64,000 bases of DNA from an uncultured Acidobacteriota bacterium (GTDB lineage Bacteria > Acidobacteriota > Vicinamibacteria > Vicinamibacterales > UBA8438): assembly GCA_913043225.1 (NCBI GenBank), contig CAJWLU010000018.1:1-64000 (forward strand), written 5' to 3'. The translations under genes and the position numbers were made by a program. Below are positions 1-9,084 of the stretch, in pieces (the first letter of the stretch is position 1; the number at the start of each line of letters is the position of its first letter). The notes beneath the pieces were generated by a model, which worked only from the letters and a program-made list of their open reading frames with translations, searched no databases and was not told the origin of the DNA.

Positions 1-2
1 GG

Positions 3-1067
3 GCATTCGAGTGGTTGGAGTCGACGCTGGTGTCTACTTGTGACCGTGACTGGGGCGGGTTCGGGGACCCACCCAAGCGGTTTCACGTCGATGCTCTGGA
101 AGCGGTGCTCCTCGGCCGTGAGGCAGGTGCGAGCGAGGCAGCCGGGCTGGTCGACCGGACGCTGGACCTGGTGGTCGACGGAGAGCTCTGGGATCGGGTC
201 GAAGGCGGCTATTTCCGCTGTAGCGAGTATCGCGACTGGACGGTGCCCCATGTCGAGAAATTGCTCGGCCTTAACGCGCGGCTGCTCACGCTGCTACTGA
301 CCGCGGCCGAGCGTTTCGACCGCACGGACTGCGGCGAGCGCGCGGCCGATCTCGTCCGGTTCGTGCACCAGACCTTCGCCGACTCGCAAGGGGGCTTCTT
401 CTCAAGCCAGCTGGCCGATCCTGCCTACTCGGGCCTCGACAGCCTCGAGCTCCGCCGAGAGCGGGCGGCTCCGGCCATTGACCGTACCGTCCAGACGGAC
501 TCGTCGGCGGCGATGGCGTCGGCATACGTACACGGGGCGCGCGTACTGCAGGACGATTCGCTGCTTGAGTTCGCTGCCACCGCGATTGATCAGGTTGTCA
601 TGGAGACCTATGAGCGTGGCGCCGGGGTGGGGCACGTATCAGCACCGGTCCCGTCCGTGCGCGGGCTGCTGACCGACCAGGTCTCAGCCAGCGAGGCGTC
701 ACTCGATTTGTTCGAGGCGAGCGGCCAGGAGGCCTACCTGGACATGCCGCGGGAACTGATGGCGTACTGCGAGCACACGATGTGGAGCCCTGAGGGGTTC
801 TGCGATCGGGCCAGGAACGGCCTGGTGGACGAAGATGCACCGTTCGGGTTGCTGCGCGAACCGCATCACCCCCTGGTCCTCAACTGTCGGGCCGCCGTCG
901 TGCTGATGCGGCTGGCCGGTCTGACCGGCGAATCACACTACGCCGACGATGCCCGCCGGACGCTGGCGTCGCAATCAGGCCGGTATCGAGCGCAGGGACT
1001 CGACGGCGCCGCATATCCGCTAGCCGAACTCAAGATTGACCGCGCGGGCCGACCTGAGCCCAGCTGA
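3..1067 (+). CDS. YyaL/DUF255 (thioredoxin-domain, SPATA20-like) protein, C-terminal alpha/alpha-barrel part; 5'-truncated by window edge
   Basis: Frame open from position 3; motifs DxxWGGFGxxPK, LWDxVEGGYFR, WTVPHVEKLL, GGFFSSQxAD, PAIDRT typical of this family. Confidence 0.75.
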   Translation, partial: AFEWLESTLVSTCDRDWGGFGDPPKRFHVDALEAVLLGREAGASEAAGLVDRTLDLVVDGELWDRVEGGYFRCSEYRDWTVPHVEKLLGLNARLLTLLLTAAERFDRTDCGERAADLVRFVHQTFADSQGGFFSSQLADPAYSGLDSLELRRERAAPAIDRTVQTDSSAAMASAYVHGARVLQDDSLLEFAATAIDQVVMETYERGAGVGHVSAPVPSVRGLLTDQVSASEASLDLFEASGQEAYLDMPRELMAYCEHTMWSPEGFCDRARNGLVDEDAPFGLLREPHHPLVLNCRAAVVLMRLAGLTGESHYADDARRTLASQSGRYRAQGLDGAAYPLAELKIDRAGRPEPS

Positions 1068-1155
1068 GGGACCACGCTGTCGGCCGGTGGTGAGCGAGCA
1101 GGGCGTCTGCTACACTGCGCGCCACGACCAACCATAGCGTCACGAAGCCCCTTTC

Positions 1156-3072
1156 ATGAGCAGCGCGTTCCCGATCGACATCGCCGAGTTCACTCCGCTT
1201 CCGCTCGATCCTGGGCAGCCTCTGCGCGCCGAGGACCGGAAGACCCTGGAGACCAATATCGCCCTGTGCCGGGACATCATCGTGTTCTTCACCTCGCTGG
1301 CCGAGGTGAAGGGGGTCGGCGGGCACTCGGGCGGAGCCTACGACACCGTGCCAGAAGTCATGATCGCGCACGGGTTCATGCTGCACGGGCGGGGCGAGAG
1401 GGGGCGGCGGATCGTGCCCGTCTTCTTTGATGAGGCAGGCCATCGTGTGGCCACGCAATACCTGATGGCTGTGCTCGGCGGCGACCTAGCTCCGGAGCGG
1501 CTGCTGTACTATCGCGAGTTTGAGGAGCATCTGCCCGGACATCCTGAGCGTGGGCTCACCCCAGGTGTCCAGTTCTCCTCCGGTCGACTGGGACACCTGT
1601 GGCCCTTCGTCAATGGCGTGGCCATGGCGGAACCGGAGGCGGTCGTCCTTCTGCTCGGGTCCGACGGGTCGCAGATGGAAGGCAACGACGCCGAAGCGGC
1701 CCGATTGGCCGTCGCACAGCAACTCAACGTGAAGCTGTTGATCGACGACAACGACGTAACCATCAGTGGTCGCCCGTCGGAGTACCTGCCCGGTTTCGAC
1801 GTCAGCCGCACCCTCGAGGGGCACGGTCTTCCAGTTGAGGTGGTAGACGGGGAAGATCTCGAGCAGCTGTATCAGCAGATGGCGGCTGCCGTCCTGGATG
1901 ATGGTCCTCGAGCGGTTATCTGCAAGCGGCCGATGTGTGTCGGCATTGAGGGCCTGGAAGGCGAGGCCAAGGGCCATGGGCCGATTCCCCCCGCGATCGC
2001 GTCTGCCTATCTCTCCGTCCGGGGGCGCGCCGCGGCGGCGGCGATGCTGGGCGCGGCCTCCAAGCTGCCCGGGGGGCCGATCGTGCGCGGGTCGTCCGGC
2101 AAGGGAAAGAACCGGGAGATGTTCGGTCAGGTGCTCAACGAGATCCTGACCGAGATGAGTCCGGAGGCGCGGGCGGCCTCGGTCCGCGTGTTCGACAGCG
2201 ACCTGGAGGGGTCGTGCGGCCTGCACCACGTGCGGAAAGTGCACCCCGAGGTGTTCGTGGCCGGTGGGGTGATGGAGCGCGGTAACTTCTCGGCGGCCGC
2301 CGGGTTCGGCTGGCAGCCGGGACGTCAGGGGGTGTTTGCGACCTTCTCGGCGTTCCTGGAGATGATCCTGTCTGAGCTGACCATGGCGCGGCTCAATCAG
2401 GCGAACGTACTCGCGCACTTCTCGCATTCGGGCTGTGACGACATGGCCGACAACACCTGCCACTTCGGCCTCAACAATCTCTTTGCCGACGGGGGTTTGT
2501 CGAACCAGGGCGCGGATACGACACGTCTCTACTTTCCGGCCGACCAGCACCAGTTTTCGGCCTGTCTCCGACGTGTCTTTCCGGATCCGGGGTGCCGCTT
2601 CGTCTTCTCGACGCGTTCGGCCGTGCCGGACATCCTGACGGACTCGGGTGAGCTCTTCTTCGGCGACGGGTACGAGTTCATCCCGGGTCGGGACGACCTT
2701 ATCCGTGACGGCGCCGACGGCGTCGTCGTGTCGTTCGGCGAGACCCTGCATAGGGCGCTCGATGCCGTCCTGACACTGAGGGACGAGGGACTCGACGTCG
2801 GCCTGGTCAACAAGGCTACGCTCAATGTCGACGATGAGGAGATGTTCACCCACCTTGCCTCGGCGCCGTTTGTACTTGTCGCGGAGGCACTCAATGCGCG
2901 CACCGGGGTCGGGAGTCGCTTCGGTTCCTCGTTGCTACGCCAGGGATTCCGCGGCGCCTACGATCACATCGGCATCCACTTGGAAGGCAGTGGCGGCCTC
3001 TGGCAACAGATGGGCTATCAGGGGCTTGATTCGGCTGGAATCGCCGCTTCCGTCCGGCGGCTCCGCGGCTAG
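1156..3072 (+). CDS. Transketolase-like ThDP-dependent enzyme (divergent single-chain family)
   Basis: 638 aa; GGHSGG, LPGHPE, ThDP motif variant GSDGSQMEG...DDN, SDLEGS, ATFSAFL, C-terminal TK-like domain. Confidence 0.8.
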   Translation: MSSAFPIDIAEFTPLPLDPGQPLRAEDRKTLETNIALCRDIIVFFTSLAEVKGVGGHSGGAYDTVPEVMIAHGFMLHGRGERGRRIVPVFFDEAGHRVATQYLMAVLGGDLAPERLLYYREFEEHLPGHPERGLTPGVQFSSGRLGHLWPFVNGVAMAEPEAVVLLLGSDGSQMEGNDAEAARLAVAQQLNVKLLIDDNDVTISGRPSEYLPGFDVSRTLEGHGLPVEVVDGEDLEQLYQQMAAAVLDDGPRAVICKRPMCVGIEGLEGEAKGHGPIPPAIASAYLSVRGRAAAAAMLGAASKLPGGPIVRGSSGKGKNREMFGQVLNEILTEMSPEARAASVRVFDSDLEGSCGLHHVRKVHPEVFVAGGVMERGNFSAAAGFGWQPGRQGVFATFSAFLEMILSELTMARLNQANVLAHFSHSGCDDMADNTCHFGLNNLFADGGLSNQGADTTRLYFPADQHQFSACLRRVFPDPGCRFVFSTRSAVPDILTDSGELFFGDGYEFIPGRDDLIRDGADGVVVSFGETLHRALDAVLTLRDEGLDVGLVNKATLNVDDEEMFTHLASAPFVLVAEALNARTGVGSRFGSSLLRQGFRGAYDHIGIHLEGSGGLWQQMGYQGLDSAGIAASVRRLRG

Positions 3073-3112
3073 AATATCCACATAACTAATCACCATTCAG
3101 AAGGGCTTGCTC

Positions 3113-4819
3113 ATGCCGTTGCAGTCGATCGGCCGGCGTTCGCTAACCACCATTGCCGCCGCGGCCGTCCTGCTAGGCCCCAGCGTGCCTCTTTCGAGCC
3201 AGGAGCCGGAGCCGATTCAGGGCCATGGCTACTCGCGGCCAGCTCGGAGTTCGCACGGCAGTCGCTCTGAGGTCATCGCACCCCACGGGATGGTCGCCGC
3301 TAGCCATCCGCTGGCGGCGCAGGTGGGCATCGACATCCTCAAGGCTGGTGGTAACGCTGTCGACGCGGCAGTGGCCGTGAATGCGGTCCTGGGTTTGGTC
3401 GAACCGCACATGAACGGGGTGGGCGGCGATCTGTTCGCCATCCTTTGGGATGCCGAGTCGGAACAGCTGCATGGGCTGAACGCCACGGGCCGTGCCCCCT
3501 ACGAGATCAGTCGACAGGTCTTCGAGCGTCAGAACCTCGAGCGCGTGCCTGGTACCGGCCCCCTGACTTGGACTGTGCCCGGGGCGGTCGATGGGTGGGA
3601 CCAGCTGCTGAAACGGTTCGGTACGATGAGCTTCGCCGAGGTGCTGGCTCCGGCGATCGCCTATGGTCGGGATGGCTTCCCGGTAAGCGAGATCATTCAG
3701 GGGCAGTGGGCGGCGTCAGAGGCGACCCTGGCCGAATGGCCGACCTCGGCCGCGACCTATTTGCCCAATGGCCGTCCGCCGGAGGTGGGGGAGGTCTTCA
3801 AGAACCCGGGCCTCGTCCGCACCTACGAGGCGATTGCTAAGGGAGGACGGGACGCCTTCTACCAGGGGGAGGTCGCTCGCAAGATCGTGGCCTTCAGCGA
3901 GTCCAACGGTGGGTTCTTCACCATGCGCGACTTCGAGGACCACGACTCGATGTGGGTGGAGCCGGTCACCAGCAGCTACCGAGGCTACGACATCTGGGAG
4001 ATCCCGCCCAACAGCTCGGGCATCGTGGCCCTGATGATGTTGAACATTCTTGAGGGTTACGACACAGCCTCGCTCGGTCACAACTCGGCCGCTTTGATCC
4101 ACCGGATCATCGAAGCCAAGAAACTTGCCTTTGCCGACCGCGATCGGTACGTCGCGGATCCGAACGCCAACGTGCTTCCTGTGGCCGAGTTGATCTCGAA
4201 GCGGTACGCTGAGCGTCGTCGGGCGCTCATCGACCCGAACCGAGCCTCGACCATGGTCAACGCCGGTGATCCGACCGAGACGGTGTATCTCACGGTCGTG
4301 GACAAGGACCGTAACGCCATCTCGCTGATCGAGAGCATCTTCGGGAGCTTCGGTTCGAAGGTCGTGCCGGCCGACCTCGGCTTCGCGCTTCAGAATCGCG
4401 GCTCCGGGTTCTCACTGGAGCCAGGCCACTACAACGAGATTCAGCCCCACAAGCGGTCGCTTCACACCAACATGCCCGGTTTTGTCACTAAGGATGGGAA
4501 GCCCTTCATGGCCTTCGGGGTCATGGGAGGAAACATGCAGCCCCAGGGACATACCCAAGTGTTGTCGAACATCATCGATTTCGGCATGAACCTGCAGGAG
4601 GCCGGGGACGCCGCTCGTGTCCGACACGGCGGTGGCGTATTCGTCGAGCCAGGCGTGACGGATGAGGTGATCGCCGAACTCGAGCGGCTGGGCCACGACG
4701 TTCGCCGCGCCGGTGGCGGTGGCATGGGCGGCTACCAGGCAATCATGATCCACCCCGAGACTGGCATGCTGCACGGTGGTACGGATCCGCGAAAAGACGG
4801 TTCGGTGATTGGGTACTAA
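3113..4819 (+). CDS. ggt: Gamma-glutamyltransferase (exported)
   Basis: N-terminal signal-like segment; GGNAVDAAVA, GVGGDLF, cleavage-site Thr in TETVYLTVVD, LQNRG, GVMGG.MQPQGH, DPRKDG; alternative TTG start at 3107. Confidence 0.93.
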   Translation: MPLQSIGRRSLTTIAAAAVLLGPSVPLSSQEPEPIQGHGYSRPARSSHGSRSEVIAPHGMVAASHPLAAQVGIDILKAGGNAVDAAVAVNAVLGLVEPHMNGVGGDLFAILWDAESEQLHGLNATGRAPYEISRQVFERQNLERVPGTGPLTWTVPGAVDGWDQLLKRFGTMSFAEVLAPAIAYGRDGFPVSEIIQGQWAASEATLAEWPTSAATYLPNGRPPEVGEVFKNPGLVRTYEAIAKGGRDAFYQGEVARKIVAFSESNGGFFTMRDFEDHDSMWVEPVTSSYRGYDIWEIPPNSSGIVALMMLNILEGYDTASLGHNSAALIHRIIEAKKLAFADRDRYVADPNANVLPVAELISKRYAERRRALIDPNRASTMVNAGDPTETVYLTVVDKDRNAISLIESIFGSFGSKVVPADLGFALQNRGSGFSLEPGHYNEIQPHKRSLHTNMPGFVTKDGKPFMAFGVMGGNMQPQGHTQVLSNIIDFGMNLQEAGDAARVRHGGGVFVEPGVTDEVIAELERLGHDVRRAGGGGMGGYQAIMIHPETGMLHGGTDPRKDGSVIGY

Positions 4820-5652
4820 CGGCGCGCCTGCCAGCTTGTGCGTCCGGCGGGTGAGCTGGCCGTCCCGGTCAGGCGGTCCTCCTCGGCCTCCAACTTGTAG
4901 GTTGTGTCGCCGGCGGTGAAGATCAGCTTCGTGCCAAGTAGGCGCCCGTCTACCTCGAGATCTCCCTCGGCGCCCCGTAGTCGGCCCGTGACCATCTGAT
5001 AGTCCTGCTCCAGCGCCAGTTCGCTGTCAGCCGTGCGCCAGAGACCGGCCACCTTGGCGGGTACGGTCCACAGGTGCGCTGTGCACCAACTCGGGCAAGG
5101 GTCCAGCACCACCGTTCGATCGGGTACCCAGCCAGGCGCGTCGAGGTCGCCCTCGGTGCCGCTCAGGTCCCACGTGTTCGACACGATCCTTGTGCCCGGA
5201 GTTAGGTCGAACAGCACCGGCCGCAGTCGCAGGTTCAGGTCGGGCAGCAGGAACATCGTGATGACGGTGGCCGGTGAGAGGTCGAAGTCAAAGAGGTCGC
5301 CGGTCACGAACGTTGCGAGGTTGTCGACCCCGGCCCCGGCGGCGCGACGCTGGGAGTACTCGACGAGGTTCGACTCGTACTCCACCCCGATGGCCCTGGC
5401 TCCCAGGCGCGCGGCCGCGAGGACCGTCTTCCCGTCACCGGAGCCGAGGTCGACCACGACGTCGGCTCCGGTTACATCCGCCATTTCTAACATGGTGTCG
5501 ACGAGGACGTCCGGCGTTGGCACCCACTCGACGTCCTTGCCGGCCTGTCCGAAGGGAGGGGCCGGTTGTGCGCCCGCTGTTCCCGCGGCGACGAGCCACG
5601 CGAACCAGAGGACCGGCAGCACTCGACCAGACGAGGGGCGCCTGGGCGGCAT
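4816..5652 (-). CDS. Class I SAM-dependent methyltransferase with N-terminal signal peptide
   Basis: Hydrophobic stretch ending AGA-Q; KDVEWVPTP, motif I VVDLGSGDG, GVEY, ATVITMFL, GTRIVSN; start overlaps upstream stop by 1 nt. Confidence 0.85.
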   Translation of the reverse strand: MPPRRPSSGRVLPVLWFAWLVAAGTAGAQPAPPFGQAGKDVEWVPTPDVLVDTMLEMADVTGADVVVDLGSGDGKTVLAAARLGARAIGVEYESNLVEYSQRRAAGAGVDNLATFVTGDLFDFDLSPATVITMFLLPDLNLRLRPVLFDLTPGTRIVSNTWDLSGTEGDLDAPGWVPDRTVVLDPCPSWCTAHLWTVPAKVAGLWRTADSELALEQDYQMVTGRLRGAEGDLEVDGRLLGTKLIFTAGDTTYKLEAEEDRLTGTASSPAGRTSWQARR

Positions 5653-6197
5653 TAGCGCACTTCGGGGCCGCCGCGCCGGTCGTCTGGAACGAATTGGTCA
5701 CGCGCCGGCATCAGCACGGCAGGGAGGGTCTCGGCGTCCATGACGTCCGCCTCGCCGATGATCTCGTTCGCCGCGAGGATCCAGGCGACGAGACCGTAGA
5801 CCTCGTGTGCGGTGAGGGTCCCCGGACGGTTCCGCGGCATGGCTCGGTTGATGTAGTCCCATAGGGTGGTGGCGTAGGGCCAGTAGCTGCCCACCGTCGG
5901 TCGATCTTGGCCGCGACCGACGACCGGTCCCGCCGTTCCGCCCTCGCCGGCCGCGCCGTGGCACACCGCGCAGGCCTGGGCCCATACCGGTGCGCCATCT
6001 CCCGCCCGTCCTTGACCGATGGGCAACCCTGCCCCGTCGGGGCCGACGTCGATGTCCAGCACCGCGATCTCAGCCTCGGTGGCTGGTCGGCCGAGTCCGA
6101 AGCGTTCCGGTTTGGCCGGCTGGGCCCCGGCCTGAGCGGCGACGGCGATGAGCCACCCCGTCGTCAGCCCAGCCGCAGCCGTGCGGGTGGCGTTCAT
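5652..6197 (-). CDS. Monoheme c-type cytochrome, SoxD-like
   Basis: ATGA overlap with upstream stop fixes start at 6197 (MNATRT); signal peptide; FGLGRPAT.AEIA..DIDV.PDG.GLP.G.G, CAVCH, TVGSYWPYATTLWDYINRAMP. Confidence 0.88.
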   Translation of the reverse strand: MNATRTAAAGLTTGWLIAVAAQAGAQPAKPERFGLGRPATEAEIAVLDIDVGPDGAGLPIGQGRAGDGAPVWAQACAVCHGAAGEGGTAGPVVGRGQDRPTVGSYWPYATTLWDYINRAMPRNRPGTLTAHEVYGLVAWILAANEIIGEADVMDAETLPAVLMPARDQFVPDDRRGGPEVR

Positions 6198-7402
6198 GAC
6201 CGCAGCCTTTCGACGCCGAACAGTACCCGGCCATCGTCGCCCACCGTCCAGGAGGTCACCGGATTCTGGTGGTAGCGTGTGCGTGGACCGCGGGCGGTGC
6301 GGAGCGCCTCCCACGAGGGCTGCACGTAGCCGGTTTCGTCGGTGGCGCGGCTCATGATCTCGGCCGTTCCGCCCTCCCAGTGCCACGGGTGGCGAAATCG
6401 CGCATGGGCTTTGGGCAGCACCGGAGCCTGGAGTTCAGCGCCGTCCCAATTCGCGCCGCCGTCGACGCTGACCTCGACCCGCGTGATCAGGCCGCGGCCA
6501 CTCCAGGCCAGCCCCCGGATCTCGTGCCACCCGGGCTCGAGCGTCGTCGGATAGGCCGGTTCGGTGATGATCGACCGGGCATCCATCACGAAGCTGAACT
6601 GACGAATTTGTCCTTCCTCGCCTACCGGTTCGGAGTAGCGGGAGGTTTCCTCACGGGTCATGAAGGAGCGATCGGAGAGCTCGATCCGACGCAGCCACTT
6701 GACGCTCGCGTTACCTTCCCAGCCCGGGAGCAGCAAGCGGGCCGGGTAGCCGTTCCCCGGCATGAGGGCGTCACCGTTCTGCGCGTACACGATCATCGCG
6801 TCGTCGTACGCTTTGTCTATCGGGACGCTCCGGGTCATCACCGCGGCGTCCTGTCCCTCGGCCAGGAACCAGGTCGCACCACGGTGCGCGCCCACCTCGT
6901 TCAGCACCGTTGACAGCATGACGCCAGTCCACTCGGTTTGGCTGGTGAGACCGCACACCATCTGAGGCAGGGTTTCCGCGCTGCCGCGTCTGAGGTTGCC
7001 CGAACACTCGAGAAAGCAGATCCGGGACACCGCAGGGAAGCGCTTCAGGTCGGCGAGCGTGAAGACGGTCGGTCGGTCGACCATGCCGTGGACGAGGAGC
7101 TCATAGCGATCCGGGTCGATTTCTGGCACTCCGCCATGGTGCCGCTCGAAGTGCAGATCGGCCGGCGTGATCGTGCCCTGCAGATCCTGCAGCGGTGTTC
7201 GCGAAGAGGTCGGACTCGGATCACGACGTGGCGTGACGAACGGCGACCGCTGATCGAGCTCGTTGGGGCCCCGGCCAGGGCGCCGGGTGGTCTCGACCGC
7301 CTGCTGCTGTGCCGCAAGCGGTGCTGCGGCGACGGCCCCTAGCGTGCCGGCGATCAGTTCGCGCCGACTGAGTCGTGACGTCGGAGGTGAGTTCTTGGAC
7401 AC
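6194..7402 (-). CDS. soxC: Sulfite-oxidase-family molybdopterin enzyme, SoxC-like sulfite/sulfane dehydrogenase, Tat-exported
   Basis: Twin-Arg signal SRRELI; TPLQDLQGTITP, HFERHHGG, Mo ligand FLECSGN, NGYPARL, VKWLRRI, GLAWSGRG; likely GTG start at 7402. Confidence 0.88.
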   Translation of the reverse strand: MSKNSPPTSRLSRRELIAGTLGAVAAAPLAAQQQAVETTRRPGRGPNELDQRSPFVTPRRDPSPTSSRTPLQDLQGTITPADLHFERHHGGVPEIDPDRYELLVHGMVDRPTVFTLADLKRFPAVSRICFLECSGNLRRGSAETLPQMVCGLTSQTEWTGVMLSTVLNEVGAHRGATWFLAEGQDAAVMTRSVPIDKAYDDAMIVYAQNGDALMPGNGYPARLLLPGWEGNASVKWLRRIELSDRSFMTREETSRYSEPVGEEGQIRQFSFVMDARSIITEPAYPTTLEPGWHEIRGLAWSGRGLITRVEVSVDGGANWDGAELQAPVLPKAHARFRHPWHWEGGTAEIMSRATDETGYVQPSWEALRTARGPRTRYHQNPVTSWTVGDDGRVLFGVERLRS

Positions 7403-7478
7403 GCTCGTATTATCCGTGTCTGCCGGAGTGGTTGGAACCGGTCTGCGCCGGATCGAGCGAACTGCCTCACACTGCGGA

Positions 7479-7706
7479 TCAGGAGGGAAGGGAGCGGAGC
7501 GCGTCGATGATCTCGTCGGCCTCGGGAAACCGTTGTTCCTGTTGCTTCGAGAACACGAGGGCCTCATCAGCGACCACGTCGAACTGGCCGCGGGCGCCGA
7601 CCATCACGTCGACGTCGATGCCGAGTGCCTGATGGATGGAGGCCGCCAGACTGGAGGCCTTGGGCAGGTAGTTTCAAACCTTGCAGTAGCTGATCGACAC
7701 TCGCAT
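7479..7706 (-). CDS. Rdx (SelW/SelT/SelH-like) selenoprotein, 75 aa, CxxU motif, in-frame UGA at 7674-7676
   Basis: Manual translation MRVSISYCKV(U)NYLPKASSLAASIHQALGIDVDVMVGARGQFDVVADEALVFSKQQEQRFPEADEIIDALRSLPS; Rdx motifs IxYCxxUxY, GxxGxFDV, LVFSK, RFP; absent from ORF track. Confidence 0.9.
7641..7659 (-). promoter_or_regulatory. Candidate bacterial SECIS hairpin
   Basis: mRNA GGCC-U-CCA-GUC-UGG-C-GGCC begins 14 nt after the UGA; apical loop starts with G about 23 nt after the UGA. Confidence 0.65.
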
Positions 7707-7803
7707 GGCCGAATCGTACCGCAGCACCGAGAGACGCGCAAACGCGCTTGATCGTGGTCTGGTGCTGTGCGAGCCTCAGACGAGGCGGCAACGGAGCGAT
7801 GCG

Positions 7804-8586
7804 ATGGACACCCCGATTGGCGATATCAGAGGCGTACTGCTCGACCTCGACGGCACCGTGTACGACGATAGCGGTTTGATCGAGGGTGCCGACCGCGCGG
7901 TGGCCCGCCTGCGGACGGCCGGATTGGCGCTCCGCTTTGCGACCAACACGTCACGGCATCCGCGAGGCGCGCTGGTCGAGCGGCTGCGGAAACTAGGCGT
8001 TGACGCCCGCGCCGACGAGGTCGTGACGGCACCCCGCGCGTCGGCGGTATGGCTCCGGAGCCGCGAGCTTTCGAGAATCTCCCTACACGTTGCGCCGGCC
8101 ATCGTCGAAGAGTTCTCTGGCTTCGCTCTCGACGAGCACGAGCCGGAAGCGGTGGTGCTCGGTGACCTTGGCGACGAGTGGACTGTCGACCGGCTCAATC
8201 GCGTATTTCGACATGTTCTGGGCGGCGCGGTACTGCTCGCCATCCAGAAGAACCGGTACTGGCGACGCGGCGGCGCGTTGTGTTTGGACGCCGGACCGTT
8301 CGTGGCGGCGCTGGAGTTCGCCACCGGGGTGACGGCCGAAGTGGCCGGCAAGCCGAGCGCCGCCTTCTTTGCCGCCGCGGCCGAGGCGATGGATGTTCCG
8401 CTTGAGCAGCTGGTGGTGGTGGGCGATGACCTCGGCGCCGACGTCAAGGGGGCCGAGGTGGCCGGTGCGCGAGGGGTGCTCGTCAAGACAGGGAAGTTCG
8501 AGCCATCCGATCTCAAGGCCGCATCAGAGACGTCGACAATGGTGGCGGCGTCGCTGGCCGAGCTCCCGCAAATGCTGGGAGTGTGA
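7804..8586 (+). CDS. HAD-superfamily subfamily IIA hydrolase (LHPP/HDHD2-like)
   Basis: LLDLDGTVY, FATNTS, AIQKNRYW, LDAGPFVAALE, GKPS, VGDD...DV.GA, LVKTGKF; start at MDTP. Confidence 0.9.
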   Translation: MDTPIGDIRGVLLDLDGTVYDDSGLIEGADRAVARLRTAGLALRFATNTSRHPRGALVERLRKLGVDARADEVVTAPRASAVWLRSRELSRISLHVAPAIVEEFSGFALDEHEPEAVVLGDLGDEWTVDRLNRVFRHVLGGAVLLAIQKNRYWRRGGALCLDAGPFVAALEFATGVTAEVAGKPSAAFFAAAAEAMDVPLEQLVVVGDDLGADVKGAEVAGARGVLVKTGKFEPSDLKAASETSTMVAASLAELPQMLGV

Positions 8587-8590
8587 CCCC

Positions 8591-9070
8591 TTGACGGATG
8601 CGGGCGCCGGCACCCACGAAGCGTTCGTGCGTCAGTGCATCGATCTGGCCGCCGAGGCGGCCGCCGCCGGCAACGAGCCGTTCGGGGCCCTGCTGGTGGT
8701 CGACGGCGTCATACGTCACACGGCACGCAACGAGGTCGTGACCCGATCCGATCCTACCCGTCACGCGGAGTTGCTCCTCGTCAGCGAGGCCAGCCAGCGA
8801 CTTGGGCGAGACGTGCTGAGCCGGGCCACGCTCTACACCAGCACCGAACCGTGTCTCATGTGCTGTGGTGCCATCTACTGGTCTGGGATACCGCAGGTTG
8901 TTTTCGGCTGTTCTACCACCGCGCTGGGCGCGGTCGCCGGCGGAAGTCTGGTGATCTCGTCGGGGCGACTTTTCGAGCACGGACGCCGCGCCGTGTCGGT
9001 AATCGGACCCGTCCTCGAAGAAGAGGCGCTCGCCGTGCACCGGGCATATTGGTCGCGTGAGATACCCTGA
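8591..9070 (+). CDS. Zn-dependent nucleoside/nucleobase deaminase (guanine/CMP deaminase family)
   Basis: [37 protein letters not shown] start 4 nt after HAD stop. Confidence 0.9.
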   Translation: MTDAGAGTHEAFVRQCIDLAAEAAAAGNEPFGALLVVDGVIRHTARNEVVTRSDPTRHAELLLVSEASQRLGRDVLSRATLYTSTEPCLMCCGAIYWSGIPQVVFGCSTTALGAVAGGSLVISSGRLFEHGRRAVSVIGPVLEEEALAVHRAYWSREIP

Positions 9071-9084
9071 ACCTGGAGGTACGT

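Noticed and set aside
1486..2853. Long antisense ORFs (455 aa here; also 13030-14097, 18478-19509, 43826-44812, 58903-59967)
   Set aside because: Shadow frames opposite well-supported genes, expected in high-GC DNA; no motifs
6198..6386. N-terminal extension of the cytochrome ORF (also of soxC to 7567 and HAD from 7705)
   Set aside because: The extensions overlap neighbouring real genes or the selenoprotein start; shorter starts fit signal peptides and overlaps
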